Shown here one piece after another: positions 1 to 10,720 of a stretch of DNA of 20,000 nucleotides; position 1 is the stretch's first letter, and each line of letters begins with the position of its first letter. The translations under genes and the position numbers were made by a program. The notes under the pieces are model-generated. The model was not told the origin of the DNA. It made no database searches and was given only the letters and a program-made list of their open reading frames with translations. Where the stretch lies: assembly GCA_000934665.2 (NCBI GenBank), contig JYFJ02001795.1, forward strand, positions 49,543 through 69,542. Reading direction: 5' to 3'. This stretch comes from Catajapyx aquilonaris. Its lineage: Eukaryota.

Positions 1-764
1 AGTTCGTTTCCCTTTCAGCCCTGCCATGTTAATTTCCCCACTAATTGACCGTCTGATGGCCTGCATACTTTAAAGCGGATTAGTGCTGTAATGGCATACG
101 GGGCCTAAATGCGTGAACACACCCGGCTTTTGGGCTTCAAAATTGTTATTCCCTTCACGCATTTTACGTGACATATTGCGTCAAACTCGCGATAAATTGG
201 CGGTTACCGATATTTTGTTGGGCGGGTAACAAGGGCTCATGCAACTCACCACAAAATCAATTTTCACTGCTATAAAACCCTCATAGCCTGTGGGGGTTTA
301 TAATAACGTCAGCTGCATCAGAATAGTCCACTGCTATTTTAGAGAAAGGTTAGTTTTTTTAGGGAAAAAACCGCACATTTTAACCACCGAAAACATTGGT
401 TGGGCAGGGTTGATTATTATGACGCGATACCGCAATTTCAATGTTCATAATAACGGTTTAACGGTTGCGAAAGGTAGCCAGTAACACAATGCGTCGATCA
501 CTTACTTCACTTCACTGGAGTTTGCATTTGTAACGTCTAGAGGACGCTACAAAATTTGCTTCAACCGTGTCTACATCTCGGGTTCATTTTAGCGCAGATG
601 TTATTTATAACGACAAAAATCTATGCGATTTTAACTTACAAGTACTGGAGTAGTACCAGTATATCTTTTATTATCCTGCAGTGCAACAATAATACAGCTA
701 CTACTTGCGTGAACTCCAATAATAATCCTTTTAGGAAGAGTTATTTTATATGAGTTCGTCAACA

Positions 765-829
765 AAATAGTTCTAACGACAACAGTTACTGTAAGTAACT
801 TACAGTCATTGTTGTCGTGAGAACTATTT
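765..829. repeat. Near-perfect palindrome (32-bp arms, 1-nt centre)
   Basis: Left arm aaatagttctaacgacaacagttactgtaagt versus reverse complement of right arm aaatagttctcacgacaacaatgactgtaagt: 29/32 identical. Confidence 0.9.
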
Positions 830-1222
830 CAGCAGGAGTTATTTCATTAATGACAATCTGGTAGCTATTACTACATGATAACACTTATGTCGTGTTATTA
901 GCGGCTCTTGCACCTAAGGAAAGCCATATTAATCTTGCAGCTATTTTTCTTGAATAATAGCTACTCTAGTACAAACTGACTGACAGCAAACTTGCTAACA
1001 GCAACAAACAAGAATCACTGCATAACCTGATGTAACCTAACTCTAGAAATGGGCAGTAAGTGCTTCTTACTGTGGCTTTATTTGGTATTAATAGCTGTTA
1101 TTTTTACATTAAAACAGCTGTTATGCTCAGTACTAGGGAAGTAGCTACTTTAGGCGAATAGTTTATCATTTTACTTGTAGGTTATTGTAGGGATATTGTA
1201 CTCTAGTAGCGGTTATAATATA

Positions 1223-1448
1223 CAGGGTGTCCAAATGCGTGGGTCGTTTTTTGTAACTTATATCGCCGGATAGTAGTTCATTTTTGTAGCTTGTTGTGCC
1301 CCTAGCCATGTGCCCCATTCTATAGCAACTGCTATATTTGACCCCATGGGTGTAATGGGGAACATGAACCGGGGCACAAGTACAAAAATTACTGCTATTG
1401 GGTGATATCAGTTACAAAAAATACGTTCCACAAATTTGGAATACCCTG
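1223..1448. mobile_element. Tc1/mariner-type MITE with about 100-bp imperfect TIRs and TA target-site duplication
   Basis: TA|cagggtgtccaaat...atttggaataccctg|TA. The inverted similarity continues inward (ttttttgtaact, atttttgta, gtgcccc, catgt.ccccatt). CAGGGT termini with TA flanks are typical of Tc1/mariner derivatives. No coding capacity. Confidence 0.85.
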
Positions 1449-1702
1449 TAGGCTATATTTTATTCCATAATTTTCATTTGATTGCAAATGTTCCAAAATG
1501 TATAATATTAAAATCCTTTGTTTTATGGTTGTGCCTTCCGATTGGCCCTGGCCGCATATGGTTGTTACCGCGACGCTTCCTATTGGCCCGCGTTCTACGC
1601 ATGTGCTATGTGCAATGGGTGGAAGAACTCAGTGGTCTGCTGGAGGTCGGCGAGTACACGTCTCGTTGACTCTCCCGTGACACCTCATAACGCATTAAAA
1701 TA

Positions 1703-2030
1703 AGAACCGTCATGGCATAAGGAACGAACCAATCATGGTTCAAGGAACGAACCAATCATGGCACAAGGAACGAACCAATCATGACATGAGGAACGAACCA
1801 ATCATGACATGAGGAACGAACCAATCATGACATAAGGGACGAACCAATCATGACACAAGGAACGAACCAATCATGACATGAGGAACGAACCAATCATGAC
1901 ACAAGGAACGAACCGATCATGACCCAAGGAACGAACCAATCATGACATGAGGAACGATCCGATCATATCACAAAGAACGAACCGATCATGACATGAGGAA
2001 CGAACTAATCATGACACAAGGAACGAACCG
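1703..2030 (+). repeat. 23-bp minisatellite, about 14 copies
   Basis: Unit GGAACGAACCAATCATGACAYRA starts at 1721, 1744, 1767 ... 1997, 2020 with exact 23-bp spacing. Confidence 0.95.
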
Positions 2031-2871
2031 TTACTTTGAACACACTGTAACCGCATGATACCTAACTGCATATGGCTGTATACAGTAGAATAAATTTTCC
2101 CGGTTTGTGTCCATGCAAAGTAGGCTCGTGTGAACCCACCTCACCCCAACTGATCATATTCAAAGCAACAACCGCCTTATGCAAATCCAGTCTGCAAATC
2201 CTCCAGACTTGATATCAAGATGACTGAGAGATATAACCCTCCAGCCTTCCCCACCATCCTGCTCCGCCATTTTGGATGGAACCACTGCTTGAGAACACGA
2301 CCGTTTGGCTTGCCTCCCTAATTGAGCTCCAATGAAGCGTCGTAGCCCGAATGCTAATCCCGGTTCCAGCCTAGGACCAGGCCTTATCTCTCAACCTCGT
2401 CTTGCGCCGCTCAAAACCGCCCAGGAAGAGACACCCCTAATAGTTCAGGGAGGGGAGGAGAACTAGGATTTCTAGGATGGGATTGGGTACAAAATGGGAG
2501 GGCTGAAATGAGCAGAGCGGTTCAGATAAACATAACGGGGCGTGAGGAGGTTGTTAGCAGCCGCGATTAATTCTGGGGAATGGAACAGGGTTCAACTGAA
2601 TTTTGGAAGTAGGGGAGTTCTAGGCTGGACAAGTGAAATGGGGGGAGCGGATCAGGATCAAATGGGGTGCACGCAAATGAGAGGAACAGATGCTGAGAGA
2701 GGAACGGAGGCGAAACTTGTCTTCATCCAATCAGAAGAGCCCCGAATTTTTCCGGGTCTCTGGTTGGCACACTAGTACAGGCAACAGAATGAGCCACCTG
2801 GCAAGTACAGCAATCAGAACGCGCTTCACGTTCGTTCCGTTCCACACTTCTAACTTTATGTTGGGAGTACA

Positions 2872-3392
2872 ATAGTTCATGACGTGCATAATCGGTTAGC
2901 TCCTTGTTGATTTGTACGTTCTCTATGCCATAATCGGTCAGTACATTATGTCACAATTGGTCCTTTCCTCGTGTTATGATCGACCCGTTCCTTATGTAAC
3001 GACACAAAAACAATTAACGCGAAGAACGAACAAATCATGACGTAAAACCGAACCAATCATCACAAACTAATCGTATAAGGAACCCGTTCCTTGTGTTACG
3101 ATTAGTTCGTTCATTGTGCCATGATCGGTCGGTTCCTTACGTCATGATCGGTCCGTTGCTTGTGTTACGATTAGCTCGTTCTTTGTGTCAGAATAGGTCT
3201 GTTGTGTCATGATTGGTCCGTTCCTTGTCATAATCGGGCCGTTCCTTATATTACGATTAGTTCGTTCCTTGTGCCATGATTGGTCCGTTCCTTACATTTA
3301 TGATCGGTACTTTCCTTATGTTACGATAATTTGATGTGTCATGATCGGTCTGTTACTTGTGTCATGAATGGTTCGTTCCTTGTGTTATAATT
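2872..3392 (-). repeat. Degenerate array of the same 23-bp unit in inverted orientation, with an internal re-inverted block
   Basis: Units such as gttccttgtgtcatgattggtcc are the reverse complement of the 1703-2030 unit. Forward-orientation units (gaacgaacaaatcatgac, cgaaccaatcat) occur at about 3021-3083. Confidence 0.9.
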
Positions 3393-4164
3393 GCTATGAT
3401 ACGTAAAGTACTGTACTAGTCCTATTTAACCCCATGGGTCTTTCGTTGACGCTCCGTTTGTGCTGCGGTCGTTCCACGCATCTTATCAACCGTTGTGGTT
3501 TGAACCTCTGTTTCATTCCGCTGTCCAATTCTTGCTTCTCTCCCATGCGACCAGTGTTAACCCTTGACATTTCCAAACTGAAAGAAAAAGGGTTTGGACA
3601 CTCCATTTCTCCTGATAAATCGTGGCAACCGGGCCCTTTTGACTGGCCACTTTAGAATTTCCCTCCTCCTGCCTAGTTTCTAAACATAAAAGGCCGTCTC
3701 CTGCTATTGGTTACCCTGGCAGTCCCAAATATAGCTTTGTGAATGGTATTCGACCCGGGGTGAATACCTCGCTCCACCCCCCCTCCCCTCCAAGGCTCAA
3801 TAATTTATGTGGAAATCGCAGAGTACAACAAAAAAAAAAATTCGCCAGAGAGAGAAGCTGGAGTTGCAAGGTCTGCAAAAACTTTGACCTGTTCCGTTCC
3901 CTGTTTTATTCATACCCTCTTCTACTGCAAAATCGGGGGAGGGTTTGTTGCACATGTAATCTGACCCTCGCATTCTACAGCACAGGGGCTCCAACTGAAT
4001 AGACACTGCTTAACTATTGATGGGCCTCGCTTCCAATCCAGGGGAGAATGGATGACCTGCGTTTCCTATCACCTTTCCGGTTACGTTACACGGGACTGTT
4101 TACGTAATCAGGAATGGATGACGTCAAATGTACTAGGGGATTGGTCAGTTCGAGTCCAAAATGG

Positions 4165-4945
4165 CTGTTCGTTTTGTATTGTGGTCATTTCTGCATTTGG
4201 CTTGATCGTTGTATAATCGGTTCGTGTTTGTCAGTTTTATGTCCGTTTTTGTTTCGTTTTTGGTTGTTTATGTATCGATCTTATTTCACTAACGTTCGTT
4301 TTCAGTTCGTTTAGGTTCGTTTCCGTTCCGTTTATGTTTCGTTTATGCTCGTTCTTGTTTCGTTAATGTTCGTGTTTGGTTTTGTTTCGTTAATGTTCGT
4401 GTTTGGTCTTGTTCGTTTTGTTTCGTTTATGATCGTTTGCATTTCGTTAATCGTTTATGTTTCGATTTAATTTCTAAAATATTCGTTTTCGTTTATGCTC
4501 GTTTGGTTAGTTCTTTTTTCAATAATGTTCGTTTTTGATATTGTTTCGTTAATGTCTGCTTTTGTTTTCATTTCGTTAATGTTCGTTTTTGTTGGTGTTT
4601 GTTTCGTTTCTGATCGTTTTCGTTTCGTTTATCGTTTATATTTCGATTTTATTTCGCAAATATTCGTTTTCGTTTCGTTTCGGTTTGTTTCCGTTCCGTT
4701 TATGCTTCGTTTATGCTCGTTTATGTTTCGTTATTTTTTCGTTAGTCTCTGTTTTAGTTTTCATTTCGTTAATGTTCGTTTATGATCCTTTACGTTAATC
4801 CAAGTTTTCTTTACGGTTGTTTGTGTTTCGTTCTTGTTTCGTTAATGTTTGTTTTCGTTTCGTTTATGGTCGTTTGTGTTTCGTTTATGCTCCTTCTAGT
4901 TTCGTTTTTTTCGTTTTTGTTCGTTTTTGTTCGTTTCGCTTGTTT
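4165..4945 (+). repeat. Low-complexity degenerate array of TTCGTTT/GTTTCGTTWATG motifs
   Basis: Dozens of imperfect gtttcgtttatgttcgttt-like motifs with an extreme T skew. The overlapping F/V/R-rich ORFs are artefacts of this composition. Confidence 0.9.
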
Positions 4946-5738
4946 CTATTCCCACTTCAGTTCCCCAATGTTTCGCGCTCTGGTCCATCCATTCCGCCAG
5001 TCATCCCCACCTTTTTTTGTATTCCCCTATTCCCCTTTCAAAAAAAAAAAATCGCCTACGTCACACCCTGTCCGGTCAAAGCAGCAGCACTTGTATTCCC
5101 TCCAGGCAGCCCTCCGCCTTTCTTACAACGGTCCCTTTCATTTCCGAAGGTAACTCCAGGGGCTTTCCTGCCAAAAACCCCGCCCGACTCTCTCATTTCC
5201 GCCAATTCCAATTCGCGCCCCGACTCTGCCAAAGTCAACCATCTGAATTCAGCATTAGGGGGACTGGAGGCTGGAACTTGCCCAAAAAGAAGGAAAGAAA
5301 AAAAACCGCATCTTAGCCCCCCCACCCCACCCCCATGGAGAGAACTGTGTCTCCATCATGGCCTCCGTGACATTGGCGGGCGGGATAAAGATAAGCGGTT
5401 GGCTCCCAATTGGTGTTGACTTGTAACCAAAGTCACCCTCCCTTGTCCGATGTCCGACCTGAGGGTGGAGAAGAGAAGACGACATGGAAACTGCATTTGG
5501 CATCAATCAGGACCCCCACCCTGGCTTCTATGCCCTTTTGGCCCGGCCTCATTAAGGCTCTTCTCTTCCAAGCGGACCAGAAGCCTCTTCCACCCAACTT
5601 GGAACAGGAATCGATTCTGGAAGCTGCGGCAGATTGTCTTTCCTGTGAGACACCCCCGATTCTCAAACCGACTTCACACCATTTGCTTCCGACCAGGTCC
5701 CAGAACGCGATGTGGCTGAAGAATTGGTGTCGTCGGGG

Positions 5739-6165
5739 GAGACGCGGTCGAAACGCGGTCAAAACATGGTAGAGCCACGGTCCAGACGTGGTCCATTTAC
5801 ACTTATAAAAGACTTGTGTAAATTTGGCACAATTCTGTCTGTACCTGAAAACTAGACGCGGTCGAGACGCGGTCCGTGTCGGCCATGTCGCTTTGCCGGA
5901 CCATGTACGCTTATCAAGTACATCTGTAAATTTGGTACAGTCTGATCCGCGAAATGCTCCAGACAAGGTCGGTGAACATATTTGAGACGTCTGTGAATTT
6001 ACCGGAACCTTACAACTAGACGCTGTCGAAACGCGGTCGAGACGTGGTCGAGACACGACCCGTTTATACCTCCCTAAGACGTCTGTAAATTAGGCTGTCT
6101 GGTAGGTAGGCTTACCTCAAAATTAGACGCGGTCGAGACGCGGTATAGTCGCGATCGAGCCCCGA
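5739..6165 (+). repeat. Composite repeat: clusters of the 11-bp GAGACGCGGTC motif inside about 110-bp degenerate units
   Basis: Clusters at about 5739-5795, 5853-5876, 6016-6060 and 6124-6160. The first three are each followed by a (c/g)tgtaaatt motif, and the last three are preceded by aa(c/t)tagacgc. Confidence 0.8.
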
Positions 6166-6257
6166 CCAACTCCAAGGGTCGTGATTGGCCGCAGGGTATG
6201 ACGAACTCACAGCGGTGACGCCAAAATTGTCAGATTCAGCCAGCTGTGAAGCTCTTA

Positions 6258-6585
6258 GGAGCTCAAGGTGGCTGTTTCAGCACGTGATTATAGCTGTAAG
6301 CTTCATGTGGCTGCCTCAGCTCGTAATTATAGCTGCAAGCTTCATGTGGCTGCCTCAGCTCGTAATTAGCTGTAAGCTTCATGTGGCTGCCTCAGCTCAT
6401 GATGAGCTGTAAGCGTCAGGTGGCTGTCTCAGCTCATGATTAGCTGTATGTTTCATGTGGCTGCCTCAGCTCATGATTAGCAGTAAGCTTCAGGTGGCTG
6501 CCTCAGCTCATGATTAGCTGTTAAGCTTCAGGTGGCTGTCTAAGCTCATGATTAGCTGTAAGCTCCAAGTAGCTTCAGCTCATAA
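6258..6585 (+). repeat. 37-bp minisatellite, about 9 copies
   Basis: Unit AGCTGTAAGCTTCAKGTGGCTGCCTCAGCTCATGATT starts at 6292, 6331, 6368, 6405 and onward (37-39 bp spacing). Confidence 0.95.
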
Positions 6586-7189
6586 CTGACCGGAAAGAGG
6601 TCTCTGGGCAATTCATTTGCAAACGCGGCTAAGGACCGCTAGGGACCGAAGAGGTTAATGAGCCGTGGCAGCCTCAGTCGGTTTTCCGAGGGTTTCAGAA
6701 CTGGCCCACCGAAAAGCTAGATTTCTCGCCAGGCTGTTTGCTAATGGGAATTATGCTCACCTCTAATCCTCCTCCACCATCGGAAACCCCCTCTCTTTTT
6801 TAGCAACCCTTATAGCACTAGGAGGGCCTGGGAATTGCAATGGGCGGAGCTTCCGAATAATTACCCAATGGCTCCAAGGAGATTACAAGCCAGACAGTTA
6901 CGCTGCTTTTTTTTTAAACTCTCTCTAGTTTGTTTACGCCATTTGCGCTTAAACGCAGCCAGATCACGTTCTCGCTCTAGAGGGAATTGCACGCGCTTAA
7001 AAATCGCGAGAAGTCATTTTCCGCTGCGGATGAGCCGCCATATTTATTTGCCACATGGGACCATAGTCCTTATCTAAACTCTATAATGTATTCAGGTTTA
7101 GAATCATAGTGACGTTAGTGACGTAAATCAGGCTCGATCTACTTGATCAAAGAGCAATATTATTACTATCTTAAGTTGGTTACGTCACG

Positions 7190-7345
7190 TTTGATTCGAT
7201 TAGCTCAGTTCGGTAGGGTTCATTTTGATAAGGTTCGTTTCGATATGGTTCGTTTCAAATTATAGATTCGTTTCGATGGGGTCGTTTCAAGTAGTTCCGC
7301 TTTGGTTAGGTGCGATTAGGTTGGTTTATGTTAGGTTAGGTTAGG
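7190..7345 (+). repeat. GGTTCGTTTC degenerate array grading into (TTAGG)3
   Basis: Four g(g/a)(t/g)tcgtttc motifs at about 7232-7288, then ggttagg..., then ttaggttaggttagg at 7331-7345. Confidence 0.7.
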
Positions 7346-7899
7346 TTTTGGCGGCCATATTTGATACAGTCAATCCACAGAAGTACAGCAAATTTGACGT
7401 CCAAAGCACAAACCTTTTGAATGCATGATGGGATCCGTGCATATGGGCAAAAAGGGTAGCAGTGATTTACTGGCCGACTGAAGCATTTGGGCAAGAACCC
7501 ATGGTAAAACATGACTGCTGATTGAAATTGGTTGGGACATGAACCGTTTCGTGACTTGGGCTTGATTAAGCGCCACCTTGTCCCTGCGCGGCGCTTTTCC
7601 CATGGGGCACGTCCTGAAATAAGGTAGTTAATGAGCGCGGTCGAGACTAGTGCTATACGGGCGGGCACGAAATCGCCCTGCCATATTACCGGAAGCATCT
7701 TCACAAATCCATAGCTTGATAGTCGTTCCGAAGATGCGCTACTTCAGAGCCCACCCTCAAATATGGCCGATAGTGAGGGCAGGCTCTATCAAAAAACGCC
7801 ATTTTTTCATATTAGATGACATATTTTATGTAAGATACGTATGCCATAACATGGTGAGGCCAGTGCAAAAAACAAGTGCTATATTAATGGTTATATCCT

Positions 7900-8835
7900 A
7901 AATAGCTATTTAAATCTTCCGCAGTGCATAATAGCTATTTAAATTAGCAACTATGTATTGACGGTTAGAAAATTTAACAGCTATATTATTATTTTTATTT
8001 ATTTTGTATTATTTAAATATTTAGCTATGCAAATAACTATTTAAATCTTAAGGTATGCATAATAACTAATAGTATTTAAATTTTCAGTGGTGCGTGCAAG
8101 TTATTGAAATTATCTCAGCTATGCATAAAGCTATTTTAATTTCCAGTTATTCGTGTAACAGAAATTATTAAATTAACAACTATGCATTAATAGTTAATAA
8201 TTTAACAGTTGCGGATTTATTAGCTATGCAATTCAACGGTGATGTAATAATAGTTACACAATTGAGCAGTTGAATCAATAGCTGTGCAGTTTAGCTATTA
8301 TAACTTTAGCTGTTAATAGGTCAAAGTATTAATATTTATTCATTTAACAGCTAAACAGTGTTAATTATTGGCTATACCCTAATTAGCTATTTAAATCTTC
8401 ATCTACGCATTTAATAGCTATTTAAATTAAGGACTATGTATTAATAGTTAGAAGATTTAATAGCTGTAGATTTATTAGCTATCTAATTCAACAGTTATGT
8501 AATAATGGTTACGCAATTAGACAATGAATCAATAACTATGCAATTTAACGGCAATGTAATAGTACACTTAGTTACACAATTTGACAGTGAATCAATAGCT
8601 ACGCATTTAACGGCTATGTAATAATAGTTACACATTTTGACAATGAATTAATAGGCATGAAATTTAACAGTTATGTAATAATAGTTACACATTTTGACAA
8701 TGAATTAATAGGCATGAAATTTAACAGTTATGTAATAATAGTTACACAATTTAACAATGAATCAATAGCTATTCGATTGAACAGTTATGCATTTAGCTCT
8801 TAATAAATGAAAGTATCGCTATTTAACAGCTAAAA
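7900..8835 (+). repeat. AT-rich degenerate satellite (AATAGCTAT/TTAACAG motifs) with a 57-bp tandem block at about 8470-8790
   Basis: Recurrent aatagctatttaaat. The 57-bp unit ttaacagttatgtaataatagttacacattttgacaatgaattaataggcatgaaat recurs (caatgaatta at 8641 and 8698). Confidence 0.85.
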
Positions 8836-10720
8836 GTAACGGTTATTTCCATCAATTGCTATTTTCATTCAGGGTTACGCAATCTCTGAAGCCCTATGTT
8901 TCCGTCATCACAATAAATCCAGCGATTACTCCACATCGCTGATGATCTCCCAGCATAACGATTGACCTTTGACCTCCTCCCCACAGTTGTCACGCCCCAG
9001 TAGTTAAATCCGGAACGAAATATGTTGGCGACAAGCAATACGATGATTGAAAACATTTGGAGATGAATTTTACTGCCCTCTATACCAAGCGAATAGAGCT
9101 CAATCTCTCTTCAAAGTCCCCGGAATTTATGATCCGGGGAGGCATGGGGCAAGGGGCAGAATCCGGTTCTATTTCTAGTCGCTTTTTAGTGTCTGGCTTA
9201 ATTAGATGCGAGTTTTTTTTTTTTTGACTGGGACCCCCGCTCCTCTGAGGGCCCCCTTTTTCTGTGTATCTACCCGGATTCCGAGCCTCCCCGGATTTTC
9301 CTTTTGCTGGGCTTATCTCCGGGCCAAGGGTTACACGGAATAGGTTTTGAATAAAACGCTCGGCCGCTCAATATTAAGGAGGAATTTATAGGATGATCCG
9401 GGTATGGGGGGGGACTCCGGTGCATTCTTCCGGAGACCTGATGCGTGCAATGCGGACCGCTCCCTGCGTGACATATGGCCCCGGTTGCCTTTGGCGCCCC
9501 GGAATCGTAAATTGAAGCCACAGGGAGAGTGTGTCTGATTGGCTCAAGAGAGGGAGGTATAGTCATCTGCACCGGGTTCCTATATTCAAGCCTTGCCGCG
9601 CACATTTCCGGAGGAGTATTGTTCCGGGAGGCTGCGAATGGCCCCCCTGGATTGAATCGGGGGAGGTTCTTTTTTTTATATTGTTGGCAGGGAGAGCGGG
9701 TAATGCATACTTATGACTATGGCTCAGATATGCTCCATTTCGAACCGGTTATGACTTTGGGGCGTTCTGATTTGTTGAAAGAAATGATTTTTTTTTGTGT
9801 GTATAAGTTACATATGTATAAATGATTCGCCATATATGTGTGAGATACAGTACTACGTTTACAGTCCGGACTTGGGAAATTCCTGGCACCCACTTTTTTC
9901 AACCAATCCGGCTCCTGATTAGACCCCCGTCTTGCCTATCCGACACTGCCCATTGGTCATTAGCCCTCCCCTCCTTTTCCTCCCCCGTCCTCCTCCCACC
10001 AAAACCAACCCAACCAACCTAAATCTCCGCCAAGCAAGCAGTGTCCAACCGCAGCTTTATCACCAAGCGCAGGCGATATTAAATTAAAGTCTCCCGTAGT
10101 TGTTGTCCGAAGAGCATATATCTTGGACAGCGATACGGGTTATTCTTCATCCGGAAATTGGACAGCTTGGGGACTACGCCATCTTATGGGGGGGAGGGGG
10201 AAAGTCAGCGGACACAACAAAGCTACAACAATATTAAAAATTGAAAAGTAGTATGGAAAAGTTTGACTGTAAAAGATGGATCTGACCAAGCGTGACTGTG
10301 CGTGACATGGGGGGTGAGGGGTGGGGTTAAAAAAAATTAACCTCAAAATCACAGAAGCGTACTTGTCTCACCTGGTTAGCGTAATTTTCAACTCATGTTA
10401 ACGAGAGAAAAAACGGCAAGCGGGCGTGAAATCGAGCGGAAAGCTTGGTTATAGAACCAGCTGGAATTACTGCGTCTGACTGGAAGGCCTCGGAATCGCT
10501 TCGAATGTGAACATGTGCTCGTAACACTGCCTCACACACACATACACGTCATTAATAACTAGGGACCGCTGAAAAGTATCCGCTACATACACTGCTTTGA
10601 AATCAGCTTGTTTAGAAATCGCTGAAAATTATTACCCTTTTCAGTTAGTATAGTACTAGCGAACCTACTGTTGAAATATTGGCAAAACTAAGTAGCCACC
10701 CAGGACAATCCAAGTACATA

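Larger units (their letters stand above)
1703..3392. mobile_element. Putative foldback-like non-autonomous element (inverted arms built of tandem repeats)
   Basis: Two inverted arrays of one 23-bp unit flank a spacer of about 840 bp. True termini and TSD were not identified. Confidence 0.45.

Noticed and set aside
61..74. 14-bp identity ctgcatactttaaa with 16868-16881
   Set aside because: About one such match is expected by chance in 20 kb, and it does not extend.
1703..2030. CRISPR-like regularly spaced repeats
   Set aside because: Units abut directly with no unique spacers, no cas genes are present, and the context is eukaryotic. The same applies to the 37-, 30-, 32- and 22-bp arrays.
4495..5419. 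Long hydrophobic ORFs up to 200 aa
   Set aside because: The stop-poor T-rich low-complexity tract is open in several frames, and no domain is recognisable.
5410..6056. 120-aa (+) and 207-aa (-) ORFs
   Set aside because: No recognisable motifs, and they partly run through the GAGACGCGGTC repeats. A decayed coding relic or small exon cannot be excluded without BLASTX or RNA-seq.
7331..7345. Telomere
   Set aside because: Only three TTAGG units, and they are internal.
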